63,571 bases of DNA, filler included, from Bipalium vagum (GCA_037834085.1; 3 parts of 3 records of this genome joined end to end with filler, not necessarily neighbours in it); one strand, 5' to 3'; counted from the first letter of the whole stretch, positions 1-14,599 are shown. Made by a program: numbers and translations. Notes: generated from the sequence alone by a model not told the origin.

Positions 1-80
1 ATAGTATTATTATTTATATTATTATTATTTATATTATTATGATTTATATTATTATTATTTATATTATTATTATTGTTATT
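1..80. repeat. Degenerate (ATT)n microsatellite
   Basis: Repeated attattattatttat units seen directly. Confidence 0.7.
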
Positions 81-1065
81 TTCGACATTATCTTTAAATA
101 ATTAATTATGAACATATGATAGTTCATAGGTAATAATAATCATTATGTTATGGGATTAATGCAGGTGGGAACTGTTTAAACAAAACCGTCCTTAACAAAA
201 AACCATATCACCATTATGTTGTTCAATCTGCGCTTGCAATTTATATTTTAATAAAAATATATAGACAAATTTTTCGCCATGAAATCCCACTCATATTCAT
301 GGTTCGTCGTACAATGGTTTCAAATGTGATATTTTGCGAGTATAAAGTAATAGTAACATCTGAACTGATATTTATGTTCTTCCTATCGATGTTACAGGAA
401 AATGTTGAGGGCTGTGAGTCGCATGTACAAACGACTTCGTCCCCATCGTTTTTAGTGGGAAGCATGGTTTTTTTTAAAATAAAAAACTAATTGTTTTAAT
501 CAATAAAAATTGTAGTTTAATTGAAGTTAACGAATCAATTGGAAATTGTGAGATAAAATGACTTTATTCATTCGAATTTCCCCTTCAATTTCCTCAAGTT
601 CAAATATTTCTCTTTTCTTATCAAATGTCACAAATTAATTTCTGATTACCATAAATGAAAAACCTCAAAGTGAAAATGTGAATTATTTTCAATTAAATTA
701 CAATTTAACATTTTTTGGACATTTTTAAACAAAAATCACTTGATGTGCCGATTAAAACAAAATATTCCAATTAATTTTATTGTGCCTTTTTAAATGTCAG
801 GTAAAATATTGTTCACACAACTGGAATCATTAAAACAATGAAGTGGTATTATTTATGTTATCATTTAACAATATTGATATTTACTAGTTTTTGTTATTAA
901 TCAATAATATCTCTAATTCCAGTACCAATTAATTTCAGTTATAAAATAATAAAAAATCAAATTAAAATTTAAAATTAAATAGAATAAGTAACAGAGTCCA
1001 GAGGCAGAAGTATTATTTTACGAGTTAAATTAAAATATTATTTTAATATTAATTGAAATATTATT

Positions 1066-1067
<2 letters not shown>

Positions 1068-1101
<34 letters not shown>
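1068..1101. repeat. (AAT)n microsatellite
   Basis: Pure AAT run. Confidence 0.9.
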
Positions 1102-1106
<5 letters not shown>

Positions 1107-1139
1107 TTATAATATTATTTTAATATTAATTAATATTAA

Positions 1140-1680
1140 AATTCATTCTGAGCCTCAACGTGCTTCGTACTCCTCTATTATCCTTGAAAAGCATGCCATG
1201 GTCATCTCTAAATTCCATTCTCGTTCTTATTCTCCACTAGGTAGTTTGATATTCTTTTGCAGTGTGGCCCTTAAGTGTATTCATTAAGCTAACTTAACAC
1301 TTTAAGCTACACACTTTACCTTGGTACAAACCATTTTAATATGCTCCTTTGACCCGAAAAGGTAACATTCTCATTTCCAATTTTATTGTAGCCGAAATAT
1401 GTAGGTTAAACATTTCTCTCGTTTTAGCTTCTGTCTTGTATCTTATGCTTTGAATACTCTGGTTGACTATTCCTCTGTATGTGGGGGTGATATGTCTTGT
1501 GGCATTTCTGTAACATCTTCTAACGACGTTTATATTCTCCCTTTCTTCTATGCTGTCCAGATTTCTTATAAGCTGGATGATGCTTTCCGGATCCTTAATG
1601 TTCTGCATCGTAGCACTTATTTTTCCTTGTTTCTGCCCGTCAAATCTACATAACTTCGAAAATCTATCTGTTGTTCAATC
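1140..1680 (-). mobile_element. Decayed 3' end of a non-LTR retrotransposon ORF2
   Basis: ATIKLEMRMLPFRVKGAY*NGLYQGKVCSLKC resembles the KLRTRM...K.CPLC C-terminal segment of LINE ORF2. It is interrupted by stops and runs toward an (ATT)n tract on the minus strand. Confidence 0.4.
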
Positions 1681-3872
1681 AACATAATTGTAAATAACTT
1701 TATTTTATTATCATGAATCAGAATAATAACAATACAATTCACTCTCTTTCACCCTTAATGAATCCAAATATTCTCCATTAAACCTATTTAACTTTAACTT
1801 ATTTTAACACCTTGAATCAAAAAATAATAAAAATAAACTTTATTTTATTTTACGTTTCTACAAATCAATCACAAAATCAATCACACAAAATAAAACAAAA
1901 ACCAAGTCAATGTAATGTTAGTCAAGTAGTCGGTCAATATATTATTATTAATATAATAATAAAAATCAATATTAAATCACAAGAATTGAATTATTAATAT
2001 CAAATTTTAATAATTTGTTAAAAAATTAAAATATAAATGTAATTTAAATTAGGCGTTAAAAAAAATAAAGTGAGAACGTTTTGAAATTATTCAAATTAAA
2101 TATTTTATTAAATATTTATAAATTTGTTAAATCATTATTTGATTTAACCAAATTGTGTATATCAATTAATAATGTTAATTAACATTATTTATATTATCAA
2201 AAAATAATATCATTATTTTTCATATTTTAAATGTTAAAATAAATTAAGTGCCCTTAATCAATATATTTTAAAAATTAATAAAATAATATTGATAAAAGAT
2301 AAGTTATTTCTTACATCAAAAGCCCATATCTTTTATGATCTTATTTACGACATTTTTACATTTTTAAGGATATTAATATATTGTTTTAATTAAGTTATAG
2401 TAAAAATCGAATAATTTACCAAATTATTATTTAAATAAAAATGATTTTATTTCAATATTATACTTTGCAGTGATAGAGGAATAATTTTCAACGAGACATC
2501 ATGTTGAAGTAAAGAATTCAGTTTTCCAAATGACTGTTTGAAATCTGATCATCTCCATTAGACGACAAATGGACTCCTAACTATGCTGAAATTGCTTGTC
2601 TGGGGGTTTCATTCATCGACCTCGTAATGATTTTCCTTTTTTAATTCATTAATTGATTAAAAGTAGATTCTTTATCAAAAAAATATTGAAACCTTTAATT
2701 GATTGTATAAAATATTTGAAAATCTTCAAAAAGAGAATTTTTACATTAAAAGAAAAGAAATGATTGATTGATTAAAACAAATCAGAAAAATATTTTTTTT
2801 CAATTATACCATGAATTGAACTTGTCGATTTTAGTATCATTTTACAGGAAATGTGAAAATAAAGATTTAAGAGACGTTTATCTGAAAAAATATTTGTTTT
2901 AATTATAGTTTTTTAAAAATTTTTTTTTATTATATTTTGTCTGTTAAATGGAACTTAGTTTAGTTTTATCTCTTTTTGTGAATGAAATAAAATTCTTATT
3001 TTCTTTCAATATATTTAGAGCGGTAAATGTTGGCCTTTTGTAAATTTCGAGGAATATTTTCTCACTAATTCATGGGACGATTAAATAAGATGAAGAGTAC
3101 AATAAAAGACAAGATCCTTGAAATAAAAAAAAACTAATTTGAAGCTTTTTAAAATGAAAAGATGCAATTTTCAACAGCAAACGATTAGTTCTCATTTTTC
3201 TATAAAAGAGGGTGATCTTGACAAATCAACCTATTTGGACAATTAGTTCAAAGTTCTTAGCGAGCAGCTAAAAGTTTGAAGGGTTTTCGTTGATAACATT
3301 TGTATTTTATTATCGTTGAGGAAAATGTATTAAATCACCCTGAAGAAACTTTTCTTCAAAAAAGCTTATATTGTCCGAAAATGTCCAGAGTATCACATGA
3401 TTTGGTTTCGGTTCGAAGAGGATCGGCTAATGGTCAGGGAGTCTGAAGTTTGCTTTTATCGATGAGCATTAATATTGTTTTTATTTGGTTTTTAAATTTT
3501 TTTCATTTTTCATTTTTCTAATTCTTTGACTTTACAATTATGTATTTATTGATTTTTCTTTATTAATTACCGTGTGAATATTTTTCTTAATTGTGAAATT
3601 TTTTATCATTTTTTTTGTTATTTAATATTGAGAGTTTGCTTATTGATTTTATTGCTATTTGAAAATTTTATTGATAATTTGGTAATTAATATCATTGTTA
3701 TTTTGAGTGTATGTAAACGGATATTTCATTGACATACAAGTACATTATTGTTTTTCTGATCTTTGTTAATTAAACTAACTAAAAAATAATTGAGTCAGAT
3801 TTTTGAATTGTGAAGTAATTAAAACAGATGATATATTATATTTGGTTGAAAAAAGTTTCTGGACAAAACCCA

Positions 3873-4164
3873 CAGTATTTGCCGCACCGGATTATAAACC
3901 TCACTCTGACAGTTTTCCACATAATACAAAATTAACGTATAAGACGCATCGGACTACAAGCCTCGTTATTAAGATACGAAATGTGAGGAGTTTAGACCCA
4001 TTTCAAATAAATCAGTTTAAAGGAGCAAATATTTTTATATTTTTATTGGAGTCAGGAAATTTTAAGAATTTTTAACATCATCGGACATATATATAAACCG
4101 CAACATCTAAATTATAATAAATTTCAGGTTTTTGGGTCCGGCTTATAGTCCGGCAAATACGGTA
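3873..4164. mobile_element. Tc2/pogo-family non-autonomous element (MITE)
   Basis: Left end CAGTATTTGCCG...GGATTATAAACC. Right end GGCTTATAGTCCGGCAAATACGG|TA (reverse complement TACCGTATTTGCCGGACTATAAGCC). Internal TATAAG(A/C)CGCA-type subterminal repeats typical of Tc2-group elements. Confidence 0.7.
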
Positions 4165-4299
4165 TTTATGACAAAAATTATTAATTGGTATTTATTGACT
4201 TTTATCAGCATATAAATTTATTTATAGATGAGTTTTTTAAATAAACCACATTTCAGCTCACATTTCAATATATAAAATGTCCGATAAATAAATATAAAT

Positions 4300-4560
4300 T
4301 AGCATCTGTTACGAGAACAGGTACGTCTTCTATTATTATATTATTAATATTAATTATATTATTAATATATTAATAAAATTCAGACCTAAATGCTAGTCAA
4401 TCCGAAAATAGGATACGTAAAGCTTTTGGCAATGGAATTATTTCTCGATCTACACATATGAATGGTTTCAAAATTCCGGAATGGAGAATTCGACGTTCAA
4501 TATAAACCAATAATTGGTCGATCGTCAATTATCAACAATGATCTATTGCGTGTCTCTGTC
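4300..4560 (+). mobile_element. Mariner transposase N-terminal HTH fragment
   Basis: NASQSENRIRKAFGNGIISRST/YEWFQ/FRNGEFDVQYKPIIGRSSIINND matches the Mos1/SETMAR-type HTH; frameshifted. Confidence 0.75.
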
Positions 4561-4975
4561 AAAAAAATACTTAACTTATTTTTTAAAATTTATTTTCAGA
4601 TGAAAAGTAACTTATTTCCTTAAAAATCTATCAATTCATGTCTTGATAAATAATATATTAAATTACAATAATTTGTTTAAACGCATTAAATGTTAATTAG
4701 ATACATAATAAGTAAATTAAATAGAATATCACTGAGACTAGTTAAATTCAAACGAAGTTAACTTCTGCATCAAAGATTGAACGAAGAATGATACCATTTT
4801 AATTCGAATAGGAAAATATAGAAATATCGCTGACGGGAACTGCTATAAAGTTTGGTTAATATAAATATTGAGCACAAATTCAGAACTAAAATTAAAAATA
4901 ATACTGGGGAACTAAGAACTTAAAAACATCATTTGTCTTACTTTTCTTTGTATTTAGTTAAGCGTAAGATGTTAA

Positions 4976-5802
4976 TATAAAGGGTGCGTAAAAACCTTCA
5001 GATTTTAAAACCCGACAAAACTTTTATTTTATAATTTTATTTAATCAATTTTACTTTTAATAAAAGTATGATATAAAAAGTTTAATGTAAGTGTGTAATT
5101 GGTAAATCTTAATATGCCATTCCAGCCCAAATGTTAATGATTGAAAGTATATTTCGATATTATGTCTTTATGATCCTTTCTTCTTTAATGAAAATGTGAA
5201 TGGTTGTAATTATTTAGAAATGCCTAAATCTTACATCATGCTAAAACTTTGTCCCTCAACAATATTGAAAAACATTTTTCAACAGAATTGAACAGACGAT
5301 CATTACTCTCTCCCGATAAGTTATAAAAATTTGAAACGCACATTTCCTGGCTACGAGATCATCTGACCTTTCACCAATGGCTTTCTTTCTTTGGGGAAAC
5401 TTAAAGACAGGTTTATATGAAACCTCTAGACCTAAAAGATTTAATTGAAGAAGATGTAGATAAACTCTGACTTCTTTTTATAATCGTTTACAAATTTGTA
5501 TAAATGTTAATGAATATTCTGTAGAAAAATATTGAATTAATAATAAATTAATTTTATTTTGCTAAAAAATTGCAGTATTATTTAAAATATTGATTAAATT
5601 TCGATATTACTGTAGGTCAAGGTTAATTTAATATTTCTAATACTATATAGTTACAAAAGTAAAGCTAAAAATTAATAACTTTGAGTTTAAATCAATCATT
5701 TAAAACAAAAACAAGATGCTGCAGCTATATCGAATGAGATCCAGAATATTTAACAACATAAAATTTTAACATGTGGTAGTTACTTTTCACAAGCCCTTTA
5801 TA
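4976..5802 (+). mobile_element. Internally deleted Tc1/mariner-superfamily element (WPPRSPDLTPLDFFLWG type)
   Basis: Degenerate terminal inverted pair TATAAAGGGTGCGTAAAAA / TTTTCACAAGCCCTTTATA. RSSDLSPMAFFLWGNLK at ~5355-5405. Confidence 0.65.
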
Positions 5803-7179
5803 TAAATGTTTTTTTGGTCAGTTGCTTAAGGTTGTTTAAGAACTTTTACGAAATTATTTTTGTATGGATTATTGTTATCTTTCTGTGGATTGCTGAATAC
5901 AACTAGCTGAATACAGTCAGGAAACAGGTAAGGCTGAAAGTCAGTTAAGTCAAAGTTTGTCGAACACCACTGAACCTAAAGAAACATCACAATAGTAATA
6001 ATTTTTAAATAATCCAGATATTATTGGTTAAAATTATATTTTAAATAATCTAATATTCAAATAGACTTCTCAAATGGTTTTCTCATTTTTAATCTTAAAA
6101 AATAATAAATAAATATATCTTAAAACATTTCCCCTTCAAAATCGTAAATTTAACCAATAAATTAATTTATAATTAGATTTATTTTATTTAATTTTCTTAT
6201 TTAACCAGTCTAACATATAAAATCGAGACAAATGCATAATTTCGATACTTTTGGCTTTTATTTATATTTTCAAAACTGAATTCAGCGAAATAATGCAATC
6301 TGCAGAAAATGAATTCTCGATTAATTCTTTCACATTTTTGTTTTAATTTGTCGTCTGGTAATATCCAATTTTTCAAATTTTATGATGCAAATGAAAATAA
6401 TATAACGGAGGGTTTTCACAAAGTTGATTTGACAAATATTTTCTAATTTTTATTTCTACACTTTTGAATTTTTAATTGATCCATTTGAGCCGAAAATCTT
6501 GAATAATAATTCTCATTTCTATTTTTTTATCCAAGTTTTCAATAATTTCGGGTAATTACTTATTTTTAGTTAGAAATTGTCAGACGGAGAAAAAGAATTT
6601 GACTTGATCAGGGTAATTACTTATTTCTCCTAATGGTTTTCGATTAAATAAAGTAATGAAAAAATTATAAAAATAAAATATTTTAAAATGTACAGGAAAT
6701 GAGAAAAAATAAAAACAAAATTATATCATATGAACTTTTAAAAAAAGAAACAAATTAGTAAATATATTTTAATATTAATTGATATTTTTAGAGAAATTTT
6801 AACAATTAATTAATAAAATAAAATTTTTTTTATTGTTACACATTTTGACAAAATAATTTTTATTTTTTAATTCACGTATATGAACAAAACTTTGTTCGTA
6901 ATACACAAGTTTAAATATTTTTAATCATTTATTTTCTGACATCAAAAATTTGAATATTCAAACATATTTTGCCAAACCATGGGAATCCAATATATTATCA
7001 ATTTAAAAATTCATATTATATGTATTGAAAATTATTGATTTCTAAAACTTATTTATTTTATTAATTTCTCTAAAAAAATATTTTACAATTAATATTTAAA
7101 ATAAAGTACCCGAAATTAAATTTTAAGTAGTTATTAGTTTAAATATAATAATATTAATAGCCCACTAGATTATAAATCT

Positions 7180-8240
7180 CATGTGCGCCCATAAATCGTA
7201 GGAAAATCCTTGATCTGCGGCTTCTGCGTGGTTCCCCTTGTTCTTTTTCTGATCTGGATTGCTGATGGAATTCTTGGCGGTTATGACAATTTTTTTAACT
7301 TGATCTTGCTTTCGATTCCGTTTCTTGCTTCTTTCCGAGTAAGCTGCACCGTCCTTGGTTCAGCTGCCTCCATGGTCTGAAAAATTATACTATCACCTTG
7401 TTTGCTCGAATCATAATTTTTCTTCAAATCAAATATAATTTTTCCTTCCTGATTCCGATTAAATTTTTTTTTACAGTTACAGGATGTCGCCATATGCTCA
7501 TATTGTTTACATTTCTTCGCTCTTTGTTCACTCGTTTTATTTCGCTTTAGTTTCACACTTCCATTTCTAATACTATCTCTTTTTATTGTTCCGATTTCGC
7601 AGATTATTGAGGGATTTCCATTGATATTCATTTCCGCCTTTCGAGCTTCATGAATTAACTCATTTAGATTCTTATAATCGACTAATTATAATGACATCCT
7701 TAACGGTTGTATCAATCCTATAAAAACTACTCTTCTACAATCTTCTTAATAGTCTGTGTCCGCTGACTCTTTGTTCTAAAAACTTTCTGTGGTAAAAGGT
7801 CAGTCTGTTACGCGAATTTCCTTATATACTTATCTGCTCTTTGTTTTCTTTGACGAAACATTTGCATATTGACCATAGCTATATCCTTATTCAAATGAAT
7901 AGGTAACCTTCTTACCATTCTTGCCTCATCATATCCTAAACGCTTCTACAACTAGCCTATACTCTGATATAAAGTCCGTTAAGTCGCCATTAAGTTTCCT
8001 AATCGGTAACTTCACTAGGTGGTAATCTATTCATACTTTTTCGTTGTCTTTTTCTGTAATATCCTCTGATGCTACTCCTTGATTAAGCTCTTTTACATTT
8101 CCCTGATTTTCTTCAGCGAAATTCCTAATTTTCTTTGTTCAACGTCTTGTAAGTATTCCTCTTATTCTGTACCCGACGTCTTTCTAATAGCCATACTAGT
8201 GTCCTAGACGCTTACTGGTTTTCGCTACAAAATACCCAAA
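7180..8240 (-). mobile_element. Decayed non-LTR retrotransposon ORF1 (gag-like) remnant
   Basis: Lys/Arg-rich interrupted frames with QRAKKCKQYEHMATSC, a degenerate CCHC zinc knuckle. Confidence 0.4.
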
Positions 8241-9267
8241 ACGAACTTTCCTACCTCAACCGGTTTTACAAAAAAATCAATGAAACAATTCAATGCCACC
8301 AAGGATTTACAAGAATCAAAACTTATTCACAAAAAACCAATAAGCATAGTCAAAACTGTTTACAAATTTCAAATGATTATTCTATTCACATCAGGAGCTC
8401 ACCAATTTAAATGTTATTATAACTATTAATAAGTATTTAAATTTCAATTCACTATTTTTCCTCTCACTCATGGTTGGTGTTACTGATAATAGAAAAAACA
8501 GTTCAACAATAAAACTTTATTGGCAATACAACAATGCTTTACACAAATATCAAATGCTCCAACAAATACCAATTTCAGTTATCTTGATCGACTGGGTCAA
8601 TTATAACTCGTTACCAAGGTCAAACAATTGATTAATGAAAACACCACTAAAAATAATAACAATCAATAAAAAAAATAACAACTATCAATAACAATAAAAA
8701 TGAATCGATAATTAACCAAAACAAATTAATGAGTTAAAATATGTGTAAGGCATACCAAACAGTTAACAATAAAAAAACAGTTAAAAAAATCGATTTGTAA
8801 AAGAAATATTAATAACAAATGAGAATTCGTGAGAACTCAATCAAATCTTTGATCATCAGTTAGATTCGTCTAAGGAAGACCTATCTTGTCCTTGATTGTA
8901 TTTGAAAAAATGTGATTCAAACATGCTAATCAAAAGGCATAATATATTCTCCTTGTAATAATTTCGGTTTCTGCAACCATTGCCTTTAAATAATTCTTCG
9001 GATAAAAACAATAATTGTATTTCTTCTCAATAACTGTTCCATCGAAAATCAATTTAAGTCTTCAAATAATAATAATCAACTTTGGTAAATTTGCAACAGA
9101 TTTCTGGACAATTCTCCTAATTTCTCTTTATTTAAATACTATATTTCCAAGTGCTCTTTATCTGAACAGGGGTGTCTTGAATGAGAAACTTGACCAAAAA
9201 TAATCTTGAATTTTTTCTGAGTCAATGTAGACTTCGGAAATTCAGTACGTCAATAAAAACTGAATTT

Positions 9268-9455
9268 NNNNNNNNNNNNNNNNNNNNNNNNNNNNNNNNN
9301 NNNNNNNNNNNNNNNNNNNNNNNNNNNNNNNNNNNNNNNNNNNNNNNNNNNNNNNNNNNNNNNNNNNNNNNNNNNNNNNNNNNNNNNNNNNNNNNNNNNN
9401 NNNNNNNNNNNNNNNNNNNNNNNNNNNNNNNNNNNNNNNNNNNNNNNNNNNNNNN
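9268..9455. other. Assembly gap (188 N)
   Basis: N run. Confidence 1.
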
Positions 9456-10704
9456 CTCATAGTCTTTCTACAAATTCTCTTGAGAGGTGCCTTTGGTCGA
9501 ACTTAACAACATTATAAATATAAATATGATGATTTTAAACTTAAAACTTACCATGGTTTGATTACACTCCTCATGTTATGATTACTCTTTTCATTATTTT
9601 TATAAATAAATCTCTACAAATATTTATTATTGGTAATGAGTTCAATTTTTTGTTCTAATTCTCTGAATGTAATGAAAATTTATTAATGTAAATATATCTA
9701 GGCTATTCGTAAAGAAGTAATTAGAATTTTGAGATAAATTATGACTGCCAGGCAACCATAATAAATAAATTATTTTGAAAATTAAATATTATTTATTTTA
9801 ATAATTTAATTAAATTAAAAAATTGAGTAATAAAATATCTTTTAAGTTTCAGTTTAGTTCTTGATAGAAAAATTAAATAGAATTATTATTTTATAGTAAT
9901 ATTATTGTTTTAATTGGCTGAATATTGTAGAGCTGTTATAATACTTCAATTGATTTTTAAAAAGATTTTTTCATATTGTCCTAACCGGTCATTATTTGTG
10001 TAAATATTTTACCCAAAAATCCCCAGCCTTATACATTTCATACCAAAAAACCGAACTATGTATGATTTTTTGAGGGTAACTTATCTTTTTGTTGTTTGGT
10101 GACCCAAAATTAAAACACAGAATATCTATTTAAAGGAAAGTAATTATTTTACCTTATTAACCCTCAAAACTTAGGCAATAAAAATTGTATTTGGTGAGAA
10201 ACACCAATATACGCTAAGAAAAAACAACATTAATAATAAAATGAAAACACAATCATTTTAGTATCTTTTGGGAATCTCTAAGGTTCTGATTATAACTTGA
10301 TTTGTATTTATGACTTCCCAAAAGAAATGCCAAAAATACATTCAATCGCTGACGTCTATGCTGTTTCGCTTCTCGATTTCAGTGAAAATATACCAACAAA
10401 CAAAAGCGGGATTGAGCTAAATAAAGCTTATTATCATGGGCACCTCCACATGCCAAACCCGTGCAGAACATTTCGTGTTTTGAATTAATTTAATAATTCT
10501 CATTGGGTCTTTTGTTAAAGTCATTCCAAAAAGTTAATGGTAAGGTTTGCTTTCGAGAGAAAACATTATAAATTATATTTATTAAACAATTTCTTATTTT
10601 ATCTATTTCATAGAAAAAAATCCCATTGCTTAAGAATAGAAATTCTCGATAAAACATTTTAGTTGGGAAGGTAACTTCATTGATTTATAGTTTTTCTTTT
10701 CCTT

Positions 10705-11173
10705 TGTCACGTTTTACCCTTTAAAACTTAATTTCATAATCAATTTTAAAGTGAACATTTTATTATTATTTTATAATCTTAGCTGCAATGCAGAGGGTTA
10801 GCGATCATTTGTGTTTCATTATTGTGCGTTACTTGTTTTGCTGTTATTCAACATTTTATATTTATTTGAAAATGTTCCGCTTCGTTAATTTAAAAGTGAT
10901 TGTTTTGGTAATTATTAATCAAAGCGTGATCAAGATTCGATCAAGAAACATTTGTGTATTAACAAAGTCGGTTCGATTTATCGTTGTCTGTGATTTAATG
11001 AAGCTTAATCGATTAACATTATTGAAGTTGTGAAGCGTTGTAAAACTTTTAGTTTAATAATAATAAAGGTCATTGTTGTTCAGACTGGTTTCCTTACACT
11101 AGCTACTAGTAACCGAGATAGATTGAAGCTCGTATTATATCGTTAACTTTATAATCAGTATAAGAAGGTAACA
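10705..11173 (+). mobile_element. Possible solo LTR
   Basis: Begins TGTCAC and ends GTAACA (TG...CA, imperfect inverted termini). Non-coding, with AATAAA at ~11062. No target-site duplication seen. Confidence 0.3.
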
Positions 11174-13079
11174 ATAAAAATAATACATTTATAAAATTCA
11201 CGTGACAATTGACTATTTCTAGAGAAGTCAATGTAAGTTTCTGGGAACCATTTTATATTAGACTTTCAAATATTTCTCATAAAGAATATATATATTTTTT
11301 GTTAATGAATCCTGTTAAAATTGATTTGACCAATAAATGGATTTTATTTTAGAGAGTAAAAATCTAATCAAATGTGAAATAAACATTAATTTTTCTTAAT
11401 TCGATTATAAAAATTCTAAGGTCATCAATTTTTAATAGTGAATTTTATAATTATTAATATATGGTAATAAGAATCACAATAAAAATAATATATTACTTAT
11501 CTATCAGGTTTGATTAGCTCTTTACGTTGCCAGAATCATTGCGGGTTCATATATCAAAGGTTTCCCAAATCACGTAATTACTGAAATATTATCCCAATCT
11601 GATTATGGTTTACTAGATCTTCCATTTGGATAATCTTGCAACTCACTAATAGATGTATATTTATATTTCATAAAAAATCCATAATAAAATGTCATAAAAA
11701 ATGTAAAAATTTTCCGAGCAGAATCGGAATGATTACTTATAAACATTAATTATAATAGGAAACATTAATTATAATAGTAATAATAATTTTTGCGAAATAA
11801 AGCACGTTGGTTTATTCTAGAATTCCAAAGTATAAAGAAGGTTTTTTTCAAGACACTGATTTTACATTTTTATGACACACCTTCAATGCCATTGAAATCG
11901 CTCTATCACAAAACGATATTTATGGAAATGAAAAAGTTATTGAGTATAAATCACTTTAAAAAACATGAAAAGAGTTATTGGAAAATGTTGATGTTTCCTT
12001 GAGATTCAAGTATTATTTACAAAGCATTTTATCTCTCAGACGCTCAACTTTAGATTTTAGCAAAAGCGGTATTACCGCCATTTCTTACTGAAAAATTAAT
12101 ACAATAGATCGATTGTGAATTTAACAAAATAATCCAAAATAAAATCAATCTAATTCAAAAAGTTTTAAACATTGATATATGCTATAGCACACAACAAAAA
12201 TACGTATATATTATTACAAATAGACTTAGTACCTTATAATTACAGTTAAGAATAATCTTTCACTTCGAGATAAGTGAACAGTCCCTCAACTAAAAACTAC
12301 ATTTCAGTCGGATCAATCTCTTGACTCATGAAAATAACAATGTATGAAACATACATAAAACAATTACGATAACAAGAAAGAATTATTAAAAATCGATTTC
12401 AACTAATTAGCAAAAAAATTATTTTTGATGACTTCAATACGGATCCCATGGTGAACTATACTTGTTTACGCCATCAAGTTCCCTCGTTCAATAGTGGTCC
12501 CACCACAATCCTTGAAGTATGCATTTATAAGATTAACCATGTTTCTGTTTTTACGAATGCTACGTTTAACACTGCTTTTAATAAATAGCACCATTTTTTA
12601 TCTTCAGTCAATAAAACCGAGTTTATCATTTGTATAGTTTAATCAATAAAACAGTTTTTTTCCGACTATGTAATTCTAATATAGCTGCACGTTTACTTAC
12701 CATGTTGCTCATTTTTTAAAAATACTATATTAAATAAAAAATTATAATGCTTTATAAAGAATTATAAAACGAACCAATTAATATGTCAATTTTTGTGTAG
12801 TCCAAGGACTTTTTGCGCCCCCTGTATGTAAAATTAATAATATTGTTTTTAACTCTAATCGCTACATAAAACTATGAAATTAAATCAATAAAATTTAGAA
12901 AATATAGATTTAAAAACGCACGAAGTTATTTGATTTAATTTTCTTTTAGTTTCAGAGAATTTTGAATCCTTTATATTGGTAGGCATGATATTTTCTCCTT
13001 CCCATAGAAAGTTGGTTTAATAAATTTAGTTAAGTAATTTTACTTTTAATTGAAATGTGATTTGATTTAGAAAACTTGA

Positions 13080-13500
13080 ATTTTGAAACGGAAAATCTTT
13101 CAGTGAACAAAAAATTAATGGGAAAGATGGAGCCCGAAATTATGATACGGTAAAAGAACTATGTCAAGCTTTCAATGTAAATAGAAAATATTTCAGGAAA
13201 TCACGAGATATGTTTTTAAAGGTCACAAATTTGATATTAAAAGGTTTTGGAAGACCTTATATTGGCAATAAACAAGAGCGGCTGTCAGCGCTATCAGAAA
13301 ACATTCGTAAGCGCTACTCTAGGAGCATCTCCGACATTTCAAATGTTACTGCATTCACAGAGAGTAAGAGTATTATTACTTATTACAAATGATCAGGAGG
13401 ATAAATGGTCAAAGTGGTTTCGATGACATCACAGTAACAACTGTGAGACATGAGTGGCCATACATTTATTATTTTATGAAAGATATCATGACAATATTCC
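13080..13500 (+). mobile_element. Mariner-like transposase N-terminal remnant
   Basis: YDTVKELCQAFNVNRK, homologous to the copy at ~35538 that carries DNARPH. Confidence 0.5.
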
Positions 13501-13539
13501 ACGCAAAAAAAAATCATGTGATGATCAAGGTAAATTTAC

Positions 13540-13950
13540 CGAAAACATTTTATTTTTCAATGTAATCTCCTACAAGCTGAACACATTTTATTAAACGTTT
13601 CTCAAAATCTTTGATGCTATTGCTGTAGGCCAATTTATTGAGGTCTGCAAATAGCCAGTCACAAAGATAGTCACCTCACTATTTGACGAAAATCTCTGTA
13701 CATCGAGAAATTTCTTCAGGTTTCTGAACAGTAAAGAATCTGACGGGTCTAGATCTGGAGAATAGGGTGGCTGTGAAACTAATTTAAAGTACAACTTGTT
13801 ATTTTTTCCATGGAAACTTTTGATGTGTGAGCAGGTGCATTATCATGGTGGAAAATATATTACTGAATATTAGTTTTATAAAATTTATATACAAAGTTTA
13901 AATATGGCACCGTTATATTATATATCGAACTTTTCAACCTACCATCGAAT
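13540..13950 (-). mobile_element. Mariner transposase catalytic C-terminal fragment
   Basis: FHHDNAPAHTSK...QPPYSPDLDPSD...LKKFLDVQRFSSNSEV. TIR-like AACTTTTCAACCTACCATCG near 13930-13947. Confidence 0.85.
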
Positions 13951-14599
13951 ATATATGTGATATAAATAACTGTCTTTGTTTTTGTAATGTGTTATGGGAT
14001 GGAATAAGAATAAAATTCAGAAATTATATAATATATATAATTAATAATTTTTATTAATTGCACTAATAATACTTTTTAGAGAAAAATGTTAAATAAATCT
14101 CTAAAGTCAGTATTAGGTTACATCATTTTAATGATTCTGCTGAGGAAAGTCATGTGGCAAGCATTTTGATAGAGATATATGATGCCAAGGAAGCAAGTTA
14201 ATTAGAGAAATATATTTACTTTGCTTGAGAAAATAATAATAACTTTTGATAATAAAATATTTTTTTAATATTTCCGTTTTATTTAAATATTTAAAATTTT
14301 CCGTCCAGAGTAACACTGAAAAAAAAGTCAAAAGAGAGTTTTCTTGAATAAAAACAAACGAAAGAGAGCTGATAAATTAATTAAGTCAGAATGATCAGAG
14401 ATAAATTCTTAATTGGGAATATTTTATTTATGTAACATCACAAATAAAATTTAATTCATAAAATATTACGAATGAAATTTAAGAAAATTGAGAAAAATAT
14501 AAGAACGACTTTGAAATTCTTTACCATTTTCTGAATATTGAATATTTCACGTTACATTGGTGAATGTAAGAAGCATTTTTATAAATCGTTTTTGAAAGA

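Noticed and set aside
241-490. Overlapping short ORFs on both strands
   Set aside because: No recognisable homology or splice support.
9181-9462. ORFs spanning the N gap
   Set aside because: Artefacts of unknown bases.
9456-9615. Minus-strand GTAAGT donor plus a 50-nt intron-like stretch as possible next PKC exons
   Set aside because: No frame stays open across the junction and there is no PKC similarity.
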